A stretch of DNA of 64,000 bases from Oscillospiraceae bacterium (GCA_963620035.1 CAVEXN010000009.1:5332-69331), one strand, 5' to 3'. Positions 48,547-61,315 are shown, counted from the stretch's first letter. Program-made: numbers and translations. The notes: generated by a model from the letters alone, not told the origin.

Positions 48547-49329
48547 ATGCAGAAAAAACCGTTGATATTGGTTGTGAATGACGACGGCTATGAAGCCAAG
48601 GGGCTTGAAGCGATGGTTCAGATTGCCAAAACGTATGGGGAAGTGGTTGTCGTCGCACCCGACAGAGTGCGTTCGGCATCGGCTCATTCCATCACGATGC
48701 ACGAGCCGCTCCACGTCACCCATTACAAGACCGAGGACGGCATTCCCTACTGGCGCACCAACGGCACACCCGTTGATTGTGTGAAACTTGGACAAAAAGT
48801 GGTCCTGCGCGGACGCAAGATAGATCTTGTGCTGTCGGGCATCAACCATGGTTCAAACTCCTCTGTCAGCATTATCTATTCCGGCACGATGGGGGCTGCC
48901 ATTGAGGCTTCATTTGAAACGATGGCAGTGGGCATTTCTGTCCTCGACTACTCTAAAGACCCTGATTTCACCGCTGCTGTACATTATGGGAAAATAATTG
49001 TTGAACAGGTGCTGAAAAACGGACTTCCACCCAGAATATGCCTGAATGTGAATGTCCCTAAATTGCCGTTGAGTGAAATCAAAGGTATGAAAGTGACCAG
49101 GCAGACCGAAGGCTATTGGGAAGAGGACCTGGAAGAACGGACAGATCCGCAAGGCCGCAAATACTATTGGCTGGCTGGACATTTAGTGGATACAGACCAT
49201 AAAGATGACTCATGCGAGTGGGCTCTCCATCATCGGTATGTTTCTATACAGCCTGTACAGTATGACCTTACTGCCTATAAAAATATGAATGAAGTCAAAT
49301 ACCTTGAATTAGAAGAAAATGGAAAGTAG
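48547..49329 (+). CDS. surE: 5'/3'-nucleotidase SurE
   Basis: ILVVNDDGYEAKG and SGINHGSNSS motifs. Confidence 0.93.
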   Translation: MQKKPLILVVNDDGYEAKGLEAMVQIAKTYGEVVVVAPDRVRSASAHSITMHEPLHVTHYKTEDGIPYWRTNGTPVDCVKLGQKVVLRGRKIDLVLSGINHGSNSSVSIIYSGTMGAAIEASFETMAVGISVLDYSKDPDFTAAVHYGKIIVEQVLKNGLPPRICLNVNVPKLPLSEIKGMKVTRQTEGYWEEDLEERTDPQGRKYYWLAGHLVDTDHKDDSCEWALHHRYVSIQPVQYDLTAYKNMNEVKYLELEENGK

Positions 49330-49642
49330 GTTTTTAAACTTTTTGCGTAAAGATTCTATCGGTATGGGAGTTGTGACAGGCTTTGCAGTGCCGGCGGTTC
49401 TCTTCGGTATTCTTTTTGCCATATTCGCCATTCTGGTGAAGACGAACCCGGAAATGCTGGTCAACAATCCCTCGCTGCAGCGCACCATCATCCCGAAACT
49501 GATCCTGATCAGTCTTATACCGTCGCTGCTGATTCTCCGTCACTATCTGCTCAAATTGAAATACGACAAGACGGGACGTGGCATCATCATATCCACATTT
49601 GTTTTGGGTCTGGTGTTTGTTATCGTTCAGTTTTCCTTGTAG
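49319..49642 (+). CDS. Small membrane protein (3 predicted TM segments), uncharacterised
   Basis: Hydrophobic segments. Overlaps the surE stop by 11 nt and the convergent GT2 gene by 23 nt. Confidence 0.45.
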   Translation: MESRFLNFLRKDSIGMGVVTGFAVPAVLFGILFAIFAILVKTNPEMLVNNPSLQRTIIPKLILISLIPSLLILRHYLLKLKYDKTGRGIIISTFVLGLVFVIVQFSL

Positions 49643-50563
49643 GATTGTCATTCCCGGTTTCCCGGAAAAGGCACAAAAGCTTGTACAGGTCTAGAGCGCA
49701 TATGCAGTAGTGCCGGAGGATGAGCCTTTTCAGTGTGTGGCGGTTGATGTTCAGGAGAATCTCTGTCGGCTTTGACAGATGCCATTCTGTAAGATTCAGA
49801 AAGGTGCGCAGCAGCCGGTTCTCGCGGATGAAATCCGGAGTGGTTTTCCGGTTGTTCAGCAGCATCGCCAAGTTGGCGACTGCGGTTTCGGTTTTTGAAA
49901 GAAACACCTCGTTACGGTCAAGCCCCTCGTGGTAAATCCCGTTGTCGATATGCTCTATGGGGATGCCGTTGTTTCTCAACTGTTCTCCGAAAAAGACATC
50001 TTCAAAGCCGTAGGTCTTGAAAGACTCGTCGAAGCGGCAAATGCCGAACACGGATTTTGACAGTAGTATATTGAACGGCGTAAAGGAGCGGTAGGGATGC
50101 CGGATGCGTTGGGCCGCACTTTTCTGTTCGCGGCTGATGCCGTAGCGCCAGCGGAGACGATATGTTTTTTCCGGCGGCGTTTCATGATAGGACACGCCGC
50201 CCATAGCCACAAAAGGTTCGGTGATGTCGGGATGCCGGTTGCGGGCATATTGCATATAGTGTTCCAGATAGCCGGTACTTTTCATGCCGGCATCTCCGTC
50301 AATAAAGAGAAGATAGGGGTATTGTGCGGCCGTTGCAAGGCGGTTGCGGGTATAGGCGCGCCCCCGGTTTGTTTTGTTGCGGAGAAATGTAATTTCCGGA
50401 TGATCCGCCAACCTCTTGTTTTCAAGGATGGTTTGCATGTCGGTGGAGGCATCGTCCAAAATAATGATTTCAAAAGGGATGGAGAGCCGGCGTGCTTGCT
50501 CAAGCAGGGGAGTGGCGAGCGGTTCGGCTGAAATGTTGTAAACAGGCAGCAGAATGGAGAGCA

Positions 50564-50564
<1 letters not shown>
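49620..50564 (-). CDS. Family 2 glycosyltransferase
   Basis: [21 protein letters not shown] (DxD) motifs. Confidence 0.82.
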
Positions 50565-53291
<2,727 letters not shown>

Positions 53292-53324
53292 TTACAAATG
53301 GTTTTGTTATAAATTCAAAGTATG

Positions 53325-53332
53325 CAAAGATA
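53325..53332 (-). promoter_or_regulatory. -7 box TATCTTTG for gyrB
   Basis: Reverse complement of caaagata, 34 nt upstream of the ATG. Confidence 0.45.
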
Positions 53333-53420
53333 TAAAAAAACGTTGGAAGATCGATGCGCAATCTTGCTAAAAGTTATGCATTGTTCAAGATTGTTCCGTC
53401 ACGAAGGATGTTGTATTCTG

Positions 53421-53452
53421 AAAAGAAAAAAGGCGGCTTTGAGGCCGCCTTT
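53421..53452 (-). terminator. Rho-independent terminator after the PLP-enzyme gene
   Basis: aggcggc / gccgcct stem; on the minus strand followed by TTTTTCTTTT. Confidence 0.7.
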
Positions 53453-53472
53453 GAAAGGATGTCAAGATGGGA

Positions 53473-54669
53473 TTACCGGGTCTCTTCGATGGCTTGTTTG
53501 ATGAGCTGGAATGTGCGTTCCGGGTCGTTGTCGAGACCGACAGAGAAGCGGATGAGGCCTTCGCTCATGCCCATTTCTTTCTGGATGTCCTCGGGAACTT
53601 CCGAAGAGGTGGATTTCCCGGAGTTGCTGAAGAGGGTCTTGAAGTAGCCGAGGCTGACGGCGAGGTAGCCTACGCCCAGTTCCTGCATCTTCTCCATAAT
53701 GGCGCTGGCTCTTTCAGCCGTGCCCATATCGATGGAAATCATACCGCCGTAGCCGTAGCCTTCATTCATCATTTCGGTGAACAGTTTGTGGTCAGGATGC
53801 TCTTCGAGACCGGGATAGTTGTACTTGATGCCGGTTTCCTTGAAACGTTTGGCCAGATACATGGCGTTTTCGCCGTGTTTCTTCATGCGGATATGCAGCG
53901 TGTGCAGGTTCTTCTGGATGCTGGATGAACGGAAAGTGTCCAATACCGGCCCGAGCAGCATGGCGGTACCGTTGTTGACATCAATCAGAGAATTGATATA
54001 TTCGGCTGTCCCGCAGATGGCGCCTGCAACGCAGTCGTTCATGCCGTTGACATATTTGGTCATGCTGTAGATGACTACATCGGCGCCGAGACGGTGCGGA
54101 GAGAAAATCATCGGCGTGAATGTGTTGTCCACCAGTAATTTGGCACCGGCGGCGTGGGCGATCCTGGAGATCTCAGGGATGTTGGCGATACGGAGCAGCG
54201 GATTGTTCATCGTTTCCGTATAAAGAACCTTAGTGTTGGGTCTGATGGCTTTCTTGACGGCGTCGAGGTCCTGCATGTTGACGAAAGTTACCTCGACATT
54301 GAATTTCTTGAGGTAGTTGTTCAGAAATGCAAACGTTCCGCCGTAGGTGGTCATGCTGGATACGATATGGTCGCCGGCTTTCACTTCGTGGAGCAGCGCC
54401 ACCGTAATGGCTGCCATTCCGGAACCGGTAGCCCAGGCAGACTCGGTGCCTTCCATCGCGGCCAAGGACTTCGCCAATGCCAGCGTGCTCGGATTCCAAT
54501 GTCTGGAGTAGAGGAAATAACCCTCCGTCTCGCCATGGAAGGTGTCGGTCATGGTCTTGGCATGTTCAAACATGAATGTGGCGCTGTCGCAGATGGCAGG
54601 GTTGACGCCGCGGTAAGCGTCTTTTTTGTCCAACTTCTCGATGTTGGTTGCGGGATCGAATTTTTCCAT
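53473..54669 (-). CDS. Cys/Met-metabolism PLP-dependent enzyme (methionine gamma-lyase / cystathionine gamma-synthase family)
   Basis: 398 aa, SMTKYVNG PLP-lysine motif, family-typical YSRHWNPT-like and GGMIS blocks. Confidence 0.8.
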   Translation of the reverse strand: MEKFDPATNIEKLDKKDAYRGVNPAICDSATFMFEHAKTMTDTFHGETEGYFLYSRHWNPSTLALAKSLAAMEGTESAWATGSGMAAITVALLHEVKAGDHIVSSMTTYGGTFAFLNNYLKKFNVEVTFVNMQDLDAVKKAIRPNTKVLYTETMNNPLLRIANIPEISRIAHAAGAKLLVDNTFTPMIFSPHRLGADVVIYSMTKYVNGMNDCVAGAICGTAEYINSLIDVNNGTAMLLGPVLDTFRSSSIQKNLHTLHIRMKKHGENAMYLAKRFKETGIKYNYPGLEEHPDHKLFTEMMNEGYGYGGMISIDMGTAERASAIMEKMQELGVGYLAVSLGYFKTLFSNSGKSTSSEVPEDIQKEMGMSEGLIRFSVGLDNDPERTFQLIKQAIEETR

Positions 54670-54731
54670 ATTGTTTATCAGTTATTTAGAAAATGTTAGA
54701 TTATGTGCCTGCGGTTTTGCCTTAAAGCGTG

Positions 54732-54739
54732 CAAAGATA
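54732..54739 (-). promoter_or_regulatory. -7 box TATCTTTG for the PLP-enzyme gene
   Basis: Reverse complement of caaagata, 63 nt upstream of the ATG. Confidence 0.45.
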
Positions 54740-54750
54740 TGTTTTTTATG

Positions 54751-56868
54751 TTATTCGAGTCCGCGGTTCTTCAGCAGCGGCTTGATGGAAGGTTCGTGGC
54801 CGCGGAATGCCGTATAGAGTTCCATGCACTCTTCGGTGTTGCCCTTTTCCAGTATGTTGATGCGGAATGCCGTGGCAGTCTCCTGATCGAAGATGCCGTG
54901 CTCGCGGAATGCTTCAAAGGCATCGTTGTCGAGAACTGCTGCCCAAGTGTAACTGTAATAGCCGGCGCCGTAGCCCCCGGAGAAGATGTGCTGGAAGTAG
55001 GTGCTCTTGTACCTCGACACAATGGACGATATCAGCCCGATCTGAGCCATTCGGCGGCTCTCATAATCCGGAAGGACGATGTCCGTCTTTTGGGTGAAGG
55101 TGTGATAGTCCATGTCAAGCAGCGCGGCGGCCAGCAACTCGGTGTTGATGAAACCCTGCCCGTAAGTCTTGGAAGCCTGTATTTTCTTGACCAGTTCGTC
55201 AGGGATGACTTGCCCGGTGCTGTAATGCCTGGCGTACATTTTGAGCACTTCCGGCTCGAATGCGAAATGCTCCATAAACTGCGAAGGCATCTCCACATAG
55301 TCGCGGGGCACGTTGGTGCCGGAAAGCGAACGGTAGTGGCAGCGCGAAAGCATGCTGTGCAACCCATGGCCGAACTCGTGGAAGAGGGTTTCCACCTGGT
55401 CGATGTTGAGCAATGCCGGCCTGCCGCCTGACGGTTTGGTGAAGTTGAAGACTAACGACACAACAGGAATGACGTTCTCCCCGTCGCGCGTGTAATACTG
55501 CTCCCTGAAGTTGGTCATCCAAGCGCCGCTCCGTTTCGTCTCCCGGGGAAAGAAGTCCATATAGACGATGGCGATGACCTCGTTGCGGTCGATGACTTCG
55601 TATGCTTTCACGTCTTTGTGATAAACAGGGATGTCTTTGTTTTCGCGGAAGGTGAGCCCGTACAGTTTGTTGCATACCATGAAGAGCCCTTTCTGTGCGG
55701 TGTCAAGGGAGAAGAAAGGCCTGATAGCCTCTTCGTCCACGTCATATTTGGCTTTCCGTTCTTTTTCGCAGTAGTAGCGCCAGTCGCACGGCTCCAGTTG
55801 GAAACCGCCTTTTTCTTTGTCAATCATCTTTTGGTAAGAAGCGGCCTCTTCTTTGGCTTTGGCAAGGGCCGGTTTCCAGACCTGCATGAGCAAGTCATAC
55901 ACGTTCTTGTCACTTTTGGCCATGCAGTCGTCCAATACATAGTTGGCGTAATTGTCGAAGCCGAGGATGTTGGCTTTTTCCAACCGCAGGTTCACGATTT
56001 CGTTGATGATAGCGGTGTTGTCAAACTTCCCGCCGAGGCAGCGGCTTGTATAGGCCGTCCAGATTTCCTTGCGGAGACTGCGGTCTTGGCAGTACATCAG
56101 GAATGGCTCTAATGTGGGCATGTCCAACGTGAACACGTATTTGCCTTTGGTGTCATTGTTGGCGTTCCCTGTCTCAAGGGCGGCTTGGAGCAGCGAGGAC
56201 GGAAGCCCCGCCAGCCTGGTAGAGTCGGCAACTGCCAGTTTGTAGTCGTTGGTGGCCCCCAGCACGTTGTTGCCGAATTTCAGGGTTAATGTCGAAAGCC
56301 GGCTGTTTATTTCACGGAAACGCCCCTGCTTCTCTTTGGGGATGTTTGCGCCGCCCCGGACAAAACTTTTGTAGGTCTCTTCCAGCAGACGCATCTGCTC
56401 GCTGTTCAGATTCTCGCTCTCACGGTTGTCGTAAACTTGTTTCACCCTTGCAAACAACTTCTCGTTCAGCATAATGTCGTCGCTGTGCTGCGAGAGAACG
56501 GGGAATATGGTGTCGGCTATGGCCTCCATCTCTTCGTCGTTGCAACATTCTGACAAGTTCATGAATACAGAACTGACTTTGTTGAGCAGTTCGTCGCTGT
56601 ATTCCAATGCGATGATGGTGTTGGCGAACGTGGGCTTCTCTTTGCTGCCGCAGATGTTGTCTATGGCTTCTTTCTGCTGCCGCATGCCTTCTTCGAATGC
56701 CGGCAAATAATGAATTGTCTTGATTTCATCGAACGGAGGAACACCGTAAGGCGTCTCCCATTTTTGCATAAAAGGATTGTCTGAAAGGTCTGTCTTGCTT
56801 TTCTTGCCGCATGCACCGCTGATCAGGCCGGCGGTAACGATGCTCATGACGACGAGATTGTGCTTCAT
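54751..56868 (-). CDS. M3 family metallopeptidase (peptidyl-dipeptidase Dcp-like), lipoprotein
   Basis: HEFGH zinc motif with downstream E. Lipobox LISGACG after the ATG at 56868 (track start is further upstream). Confidence 0.88.
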   Translation of the reverse strand: MKHNLVVMSIVTAGLISGACGKKSKTDLSDNPFMQKWETPYGVPPFDEIKTIHYLPAFEEGMRQQKEAIDNICGSKEKPTFANTIIALEYSDELLNKVSSVFMNLSECCNDEEMEAIADTIFPVLSQHSDDIMLNEKLFARVKQVYDNRESENLNSEQMRLLEETYKSFVRGGANIPKEKQGRFREINSRLSTLTLKFGNNVLGATNDYKLAVADSTRLAGLPSSLLQAALETGNANNDTKGKYVFTLDMPTLEPFLMYCQDRSLRKEIWTAYTSRCLGGKFDNTAIINEIVNLRLEKANILGFDNYANYVLDDCMAKSDKNVYDLLMQVWKPALAKAKEEAASYQKMIDKEKGGFQLEPCDWRYYCEKERKAKYDVDEEAIRPFFSLDTAQKGLFMVCNKLYGLTFRENKDIPVYHKDVKAYEVIDRNEVIAIVYMDFFPRETKRSGAWMTNFREQYYTRDGENVIPVVSLVFNFTKPSGGRPALLNIDQVETLFHEFGHGLHSMLSRCHYRSLSGTNVPRDYVEMPSQFMEHFAFEPEVLKMYARHYSTGQVIPDELVKKIQASKTYGQGFINTELLAAALLDMDYHTFTQKTDIVLPDYESRRMAQIGLISSIVSRYKSTYFQHIFSGGYGAGYYSYTWAAVLDNDAFEAFREHGIFDQETATAFRINILEKGNTEECMELYTAFRGHEPSIKPLLKNRGLE

Positions 56869-56893
56869 AGTGGTGTAGATAAAAAATTTGTGG

Positions 56894-56901
56894 CAAAGAT
56901 A
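56894..56901 (-). promoter_or_regulatory. -7 box TATCTTTG for the M3 peptidase gene
   Basis: Reverse complement of caaagata, 26 nt upstream of the ATG at 56868. Confidence 0.45.
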
Positions 56902-57084
56902 CAAAAAAGGTGTAGTCTTAGCCTCGGTTGATGAAAGTCCGTCCAATTGTCAAAATATTGCGAAAAACGCCCGCTTCCGTTAGGTAAAAATTGTAAAAAA
57001 TATGTTGAAGACAAATCTAAGTTTTTTATTTTCAACGAGAAAAAAATTAAACGGAACCTCTTGACAAACGTATGGCTGTGGCTG

Positions 57085-57092
57085 TATCTTTG
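57085..57092 (+). promoter_or_regulatory. -7 box TATCTTTG about 240 nt upstream of the 57334 gene
   Basis: TAnnTTTG match with a TTG-containing segment about 20 nt upstream. Implies an unusually long leader. Confidence 0.35.
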
Positions 57093-57333
57093 TGGTGTTG
57101 ATTTTATGCAGGGGCTGGCATCCCCGCTTAAGGTTTTCAGAAAGACATCCGGAACAGGATCGTGACTATTTAATGAACGAATAATAATAACGAATTAAAA
57201 TACAAAACGCCGTATTAGACCAGAAAACAACTGAAGTGCCGCCGTCCGGCCCGGAAGCGATGATTGGATTGAACTCCTCCTGCGTAAGTGGAAATAATAT
57301 AATCAATATCAAAAAATCAAAAAAACAAAAACC

Positions 57334-57834
57334 ATGAAAAAATTATTATTGTTAGCAAGCATTTGTTTAATCGGCATCAGCGCCTCTTTCGCAGAAGGCG
57401 ATCCCGCAATCATTGTCCGCAAATACAACGGTGGATGGTGGGCCTGGCTCAATTTGTATAACAGAGTCGAGTTTACGCCTTCCCAAAATGGCGCTCCTGC
57501 AATTCTGGACTGTAGCGGAAAGGGCTTCACTTTCTGCCGTGTCCCATCTGCTGCATTCAGTTTCGTCCTCGGTTCGACAAATAACGGGACTGTCAATATG
57601 ACCCCGCAGGTCAACTCCAGATTCGCGGATGCCGTCAATGAACTGATCGAACAGAGTGAGAACAGCAGCTCAAAAGGGGTGAATTCAGGAATGGCGACCA
57701 AAAAGATTGCCGTGCAGAGCTCATCCAAGAAGGTAGATACTTATGTCGTCAAGGGGCAATGGTCCTATAACCAGTACGGTGAAGGCACCATAATGATCTA
57801 CATCGACAAGTTGAACCTCTTGCAAAGACAATAA
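57334..57834 (+). CDS. Secreted hypothetical protein (166 aa)
   Basis: Clear signal peptide MKKLLLLASICLIGISASFA; no family recognised; two Cys in the mature part (CSGKGFTFC). Confidence 0.6.
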   Translation: MKKLLLLASICLIGISASFAEGDPAIIVRKYNGGWWAWLNLYNRVEFTPSQNGAPAILDCSGKGFTFCRVPSAAFSFVLGSTNNGTVNMTPQVNSRFADAVNELIEQSENSSSKGVNSGMATKKIAVQSSSKKVDTYVVKGQWSYNQYGEGTIMIYIDKLNLLQRQ

Positions 57835-57875
57835 TCCGCCTTGATTAGCGAAGGATATTCAAAAACAATATAGAA

Positions 57876-59525
57876 ATGAAAAAGATAGGAATTATTATGC
57901 TCTGCCTCACGGGGTTCTTCAGTGGGGAAACGTGTCTGGGCCAAGACTGGATGGGTTCTCAATTCGCACTCGACACAGTTGTTGAGATGCAAGGCAACTA
58001 TGACGGGTACAACGTGAACAAACTGGTGTGCTGCATCTGCGACGGGGTGTTCTACTTTACCGAATTGCAAGCGTACCAACATCCGGAGAATGGCCATGTC
58101 GCCAAGATTCACGCACTTTCCTTGTCAGACTATACCCAGTTTGAACTGACCATGCCGTTGCCGGCAACTTTCCCGAAGAAATATGAGGTGGAAAGCAGTT
58201 TCTGGGTGTACGACTTCAGAATCTATGAAGACAGGGCTGTGATTTCTGTCCAGGACTATATTCTCCTGTACCGCCGAGATGGAGGTTCCGCATTCCAATT
58301 CGATACGATGTTTCATCGCCCCTTCAGTATGGCTGTCTTCCTGAAAGGCAACAAACTGCATTATTTCACGGAAGACCACGACAAGGGTTACCGTTGGAAT
58401 TGCCTGGACCTCCGGACCGGCAAGGACAAGGTGTTGACGGAACTGAAGTATGAGGCTCCACATGTGGTGCAGGCTAATCCTAATCGCTATCTCTTTCACG
58501 ATGAAAACAATGTTTACTTTTTGAGTACAAGGTATCCCGTCTTACATAAATATGACCAGGATGGCCGCCGGGTGGACGACATTACGTTCAGCCTGCCCGG
58601 CTGGCATCCTTTTGAGGACGAGTATATCAAACGCAGCCTCTCATACGAATACGGGGCTGCGCGAATCTATGCCACGATGGATAAGATTTTCAATTATTCG
58701 TATCCTAAATTGGTGTTCCCGATAGGCGGAAGTTACCTGATGTACTATACGCAATACGATACGGCCACAGGAAAGTCATTCCCGATGTATGCTCTGTCAG
58801 CCAAAGGAGATTCTGTCAAGATGTACGGCTGTCAAGACTTGCAGAACGAACCCTACGGGGCTGGAAGGTTCCCGTTCAATCTGCTGTACCCGCTCGAAGA
58901 CAAGGCCCGGACAAGCTGGGGCGACTTGCTCGTCGAGGTCTCCGCAGGCATCAGCAAGTCGTGGAATGGGCTGACACCGGCAGAATATGAACAGGAAAAG
59001 GAACGCTTCTTCCGGAAAAACGACCCGGTCCTGCAAATCAGGGTGATGCGGCTCATGAACAGCAGCCCGGAAGAACAGGTCTTCTTTTATGACGAGGACG
59101 ACAAACCACATTCACTGAACGACTTGAATGTTGACAAACAGGTGCTGCTGTTGCATCAGTCGTTGGAGTGTTCGGCCTGCAACAGCCATATTCTGCGTAT
59201 CATGAACACGCTTGATACGGCAGATGTCCGTATCGGAATTATGTATGCCAAATATCGTGGGGCTTTGAGCGAAAGAGAAACACGCCATGATGTGGCACAA
59301 TACATAGACAAACACTACAATCTCTATTATCTGCTTCCGGTCTTTGGCGAACAATACCCCCGGTTCTTTGCCCGAAATCCGCGCAGTTATCCGTTAGTGT
59401 GTCTCTATGAACGCGGAAAAGCCCCCGTTTTGTTCTCTGTAAATGAGATATTCACCGACAATGAATATACGCTTCAGTTCTCGGATGATTTTATGGCGGC
59501 ATGGAGGAAGTTCCTGTCAAAGTGA
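57876..59525 (+). CDS. Secreted hypothetical protein (549 aa) with C-terminal thioredoxin-fold-like region (ECSAC)
   Basis: Signal peptide MKKIGIIMLCLTGFFSG. The C-terminal about 130 aa has VLLLHQSLECSAC plus a later YPLVCLYERGKAPV segment, arranged like the CxxC and cis-Pro elements of TlpA/redoxin domains. Confidence 0.6.
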   Translation: MKKIGIIMLCLTGFFSGETCLGQDWMGSQFALDTVVEMQGNYDGYNVNKLVCCICDGVFYFTELQAYQHPENGHVAKIHALSLSDYTQFELTMPLPATFPKKYEVESSFWVYDFRIYEDRAVISVQDYILLYRRDGGSAFQFDTMFHRPFSMAVFLKGNKLHYFTEDHDKGYRWNCLDLRTGKDKVLTELKYEAPHVVQANPNRYLFHDENNVYFLSTRYPVLHKYDQDGRRVDDITFSLPGWHPFEDEYIKRSLSYEYGAARIYATMDKIFNYSYPKLVFPIGGSYLMYYTQYDTATGKSFPMYALSAKGDSVKMYGCQDLQNEPYGAGRFPFNLLYPLEDKARTSWGDLLVEVSAGISKSWNGLTPAEYEQEKERFFRKNDPVLQIRVMRLMNSSPEEQVFFYDEDDKPHSLNDLNVDKQVLLLHQSLECSACNSHILRIMNTLDTADVRIGIMYAKYRGALSERETRHDVAQYIDKHYNLYYLLPVFGEQYPRFFARNPRSYPLVCLYERGKAPVLFSVNEIFTDNEYTLQFSDDFMAAWRKFLSK

Positions 59526-59562
59526 ACGGACGCATGAGTTGAATACAGTTATGTAAAAACGC

Positions 59563-59570
59563 TATTTTTG
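59563..59570 (+). promoter_or_regulatory. -7 box TATTTTTG for the DUF58-radC unit
   Basis: TAnnTTTG match 23 nt upstream of the ATG. Confidence 0.45.
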
Positions 59571-59592
59571 CAGCCCGAAAACACCAAAAAAG

Positions 59593-60528
59593 ATGCCATA
59601 TACGATAGACCTAACGAAAATAACGCAGTACGACAACATTGAATTTGTCGCCAAGCAAGTGGTTGAGGGTTTCATAACAGGGATACACAAGAGCCCGATG
59701 CACGGTTTTTCAGTGGAGTTCGCAGAACACCGCCAATACAACACAGGCGAACCGGTAAGGCATATAGACTGGAAATTGTATGCCCGCACTGACAAACTTT
59801 TCGTCAAGCAGTATGAAGAGGAGACGAACCTTCGCTGTCATCTGGTTATCGACAATTCGGCTTCAATGTATTTTCCTGTACGCAAGCATTATTCATTGGC
59901 AGAACCGAACAAGATTTTCTTTTCCGTGTATGCGGCGGCTGTCTTGATGCAGGTTTTCAAGAACCAGCGCGACGCCGTCGGGTTGAGCCTCTTTTCTGAC
60001 AAACTGGAACTGCACACCGCCGCACGTGGCGGAGACGCCCACAGCAAAATGATATACCGGGAGTTGGAGAAAGTGTTGCAGCCTATCGGAACAGATGTCA
60101 AAAAAGGCTCAATGGTGGCAGATACCTTGCACCAGATTGCGGAACAGATACATAGAAGGTCGCTGGTCATCATCTTCAGCGATATGTTTGAAAGCCAAAA
60201 GAATGTCGAAGACCTGATGCTCGCCCTGGGACATCTGCGCCATAATAAACATGAAGTCGTGCTGTTCCATACGTTCGACAAGGGCCTGGAATATGATTTC
60301 GCTTTCGATAACCGCCTCTATCGTTTTGTGGATATGGAAACCGGCAATGAAATCAAGGTACATGCCAACAATATCCGGGAACTCTATCAACACGAAGTAC
60401 ATGGTTTTTTCCATGAAATCAAGGTGAAATGCGGTCAATATCAGGTAGATGTCGTTCCGGTTGACATCACGCAAGGATTCGACCAGATTTTGCTTCCCTA
60501 TTTGCTGAAGCGTTCACATACGGTTTGA
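59593..60528 (+). CDS. DUF58 domain protein (vWA-like, MoxR-associated family)
   Basis: GxHxSxxxGxSxEFxExRxYxxGD pattern (GIHKSPMHGFSVEFAEHRQYNTGEPVRHIDWK) and VIDNSASM. Confidence 0.85.
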   Translation: MPYTIDLTKITQYDNIEFVAKQVVEGFITGIHKSPMHGFSVEFAEHRQYNTGEPVRHIDWKLYARTDKLFVKQYEEETNLRCHLVIDNSASMYFPVRKHYSLAEPNKIFFSVYAAAVLMQVFKNQRDAVGLSLFSDKLELHTAARGGDAHSKMIYRELEKVLQPIGTDVKKGSMVADTLHQIAEQIHRRSLVIIFSDMFESQKNVEDLMLALGHLRHNKHEVVLFHTFDKGLEYDFAFDNRLYRFVDMETGNEIKVHANNIRELYQHEVHGFFHEIKVKCGQYQVDVVPVDITQGFDQILLPYLLKRSHTV

Positions 60529-61238
60529 TGAAAAGGGAGACCAAAGCGTCCGGACTCTCAATTGCCGACTGGAGCAAGCAGGACAGACCTCGCGAGAAAT
60601 ACATGGAGAAAGGCATCTCTTCGCTTACGGATGCGGAACTGATTGCCATCTTGCTGCGAACAGGCACGGCTTCCGAAAATGCCGTCGATCTGGCCCGAAG
60701 AGTACTTGCCGGATGTGGCAATCGGCTACATACACTGGCTACATGTTCTTTGAAGACACTCCTTGAAACGAAAGGCATCGGACTTGCCAAGGCCGTGACG
60801 CTGCATGCGGCGTTCGAAATCGGAAACCGCATCCGGGCCGAAAAGGTGATGGAAGCGAAACGCATTAACAGCATTGTTGATGTGGTGGAACTGATGCAGG
60901 ACAAAATCGCCAATCTGCCACATGAAGAGTTCTGGGCCGTTTATCTCAACCAAGCCGGCCGTATCCTCGATGTGAAACAGATCGGAAAAGGCAGCCTTAC
61001 GGATACTTTGGTGGACATCCGTACGCTCGTTCAGTATGCACTCGACCAAAGGGCAACCAGTATGATTGTTTGCCACAACCACCCTTCAGGAACGATGCGC
61101 CCAAGTCAGGCCGATATCCGGCTCACACATCAGATACAAGATGCTGCCAGACTTTTCAAAATAGCACTTGTGGACCATGTTATTCTGCATAAGGACGCTT
61201 ATTACAGTTTTGCAGACCAAGGACTCCTTTCAGTGTGA
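60528..61238 (+). CDS. radC: RadC-family JAB/MPN domain protein
   Basis: HhH-like N-terminal part (TDAELIAILLRTG, GIGLAKA) and JAMM motif HNHPSG. TGATG overlap with the DUF58 gene. Confidence 0.88.
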   Translation: MKRETKASGLSIADWSKQDRPREKYMEKGISSLTDAELIAILLRTGTASENAVDLARRVLAGCGNRLHTLATCSLKTLLETKGIGLAKAVTLHAAFEIGNRIRAEKVMEAKRINSIVDVVELMQDKIANLPHEEFWAVYLNQAGRILDVKQIGKGSLTDTLVDIRTLVQYALDQRATSMIVCHNHPSGTMRPSQADIRLTHQIQDAARLFKIALVDHVILHKDAYYSFADQGLLSV

Positions 61239-61307
61239 CCGGTCACGTAAGTCTTCCCCTCCCCTCCAACTGTTGTTTCATCAGAGTAACTGCCACATAT
61301 ATTTTTG

Positions 61308-61315
61308 TACTTTTG
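61308..61315 (+). promoter_or_regulatory. -7 box TACTTTTG for the yfcC-like gene
   Basis: TAnnTTTG match 26 nt upstream of the ATG at 61341. Confidence 0.45.
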
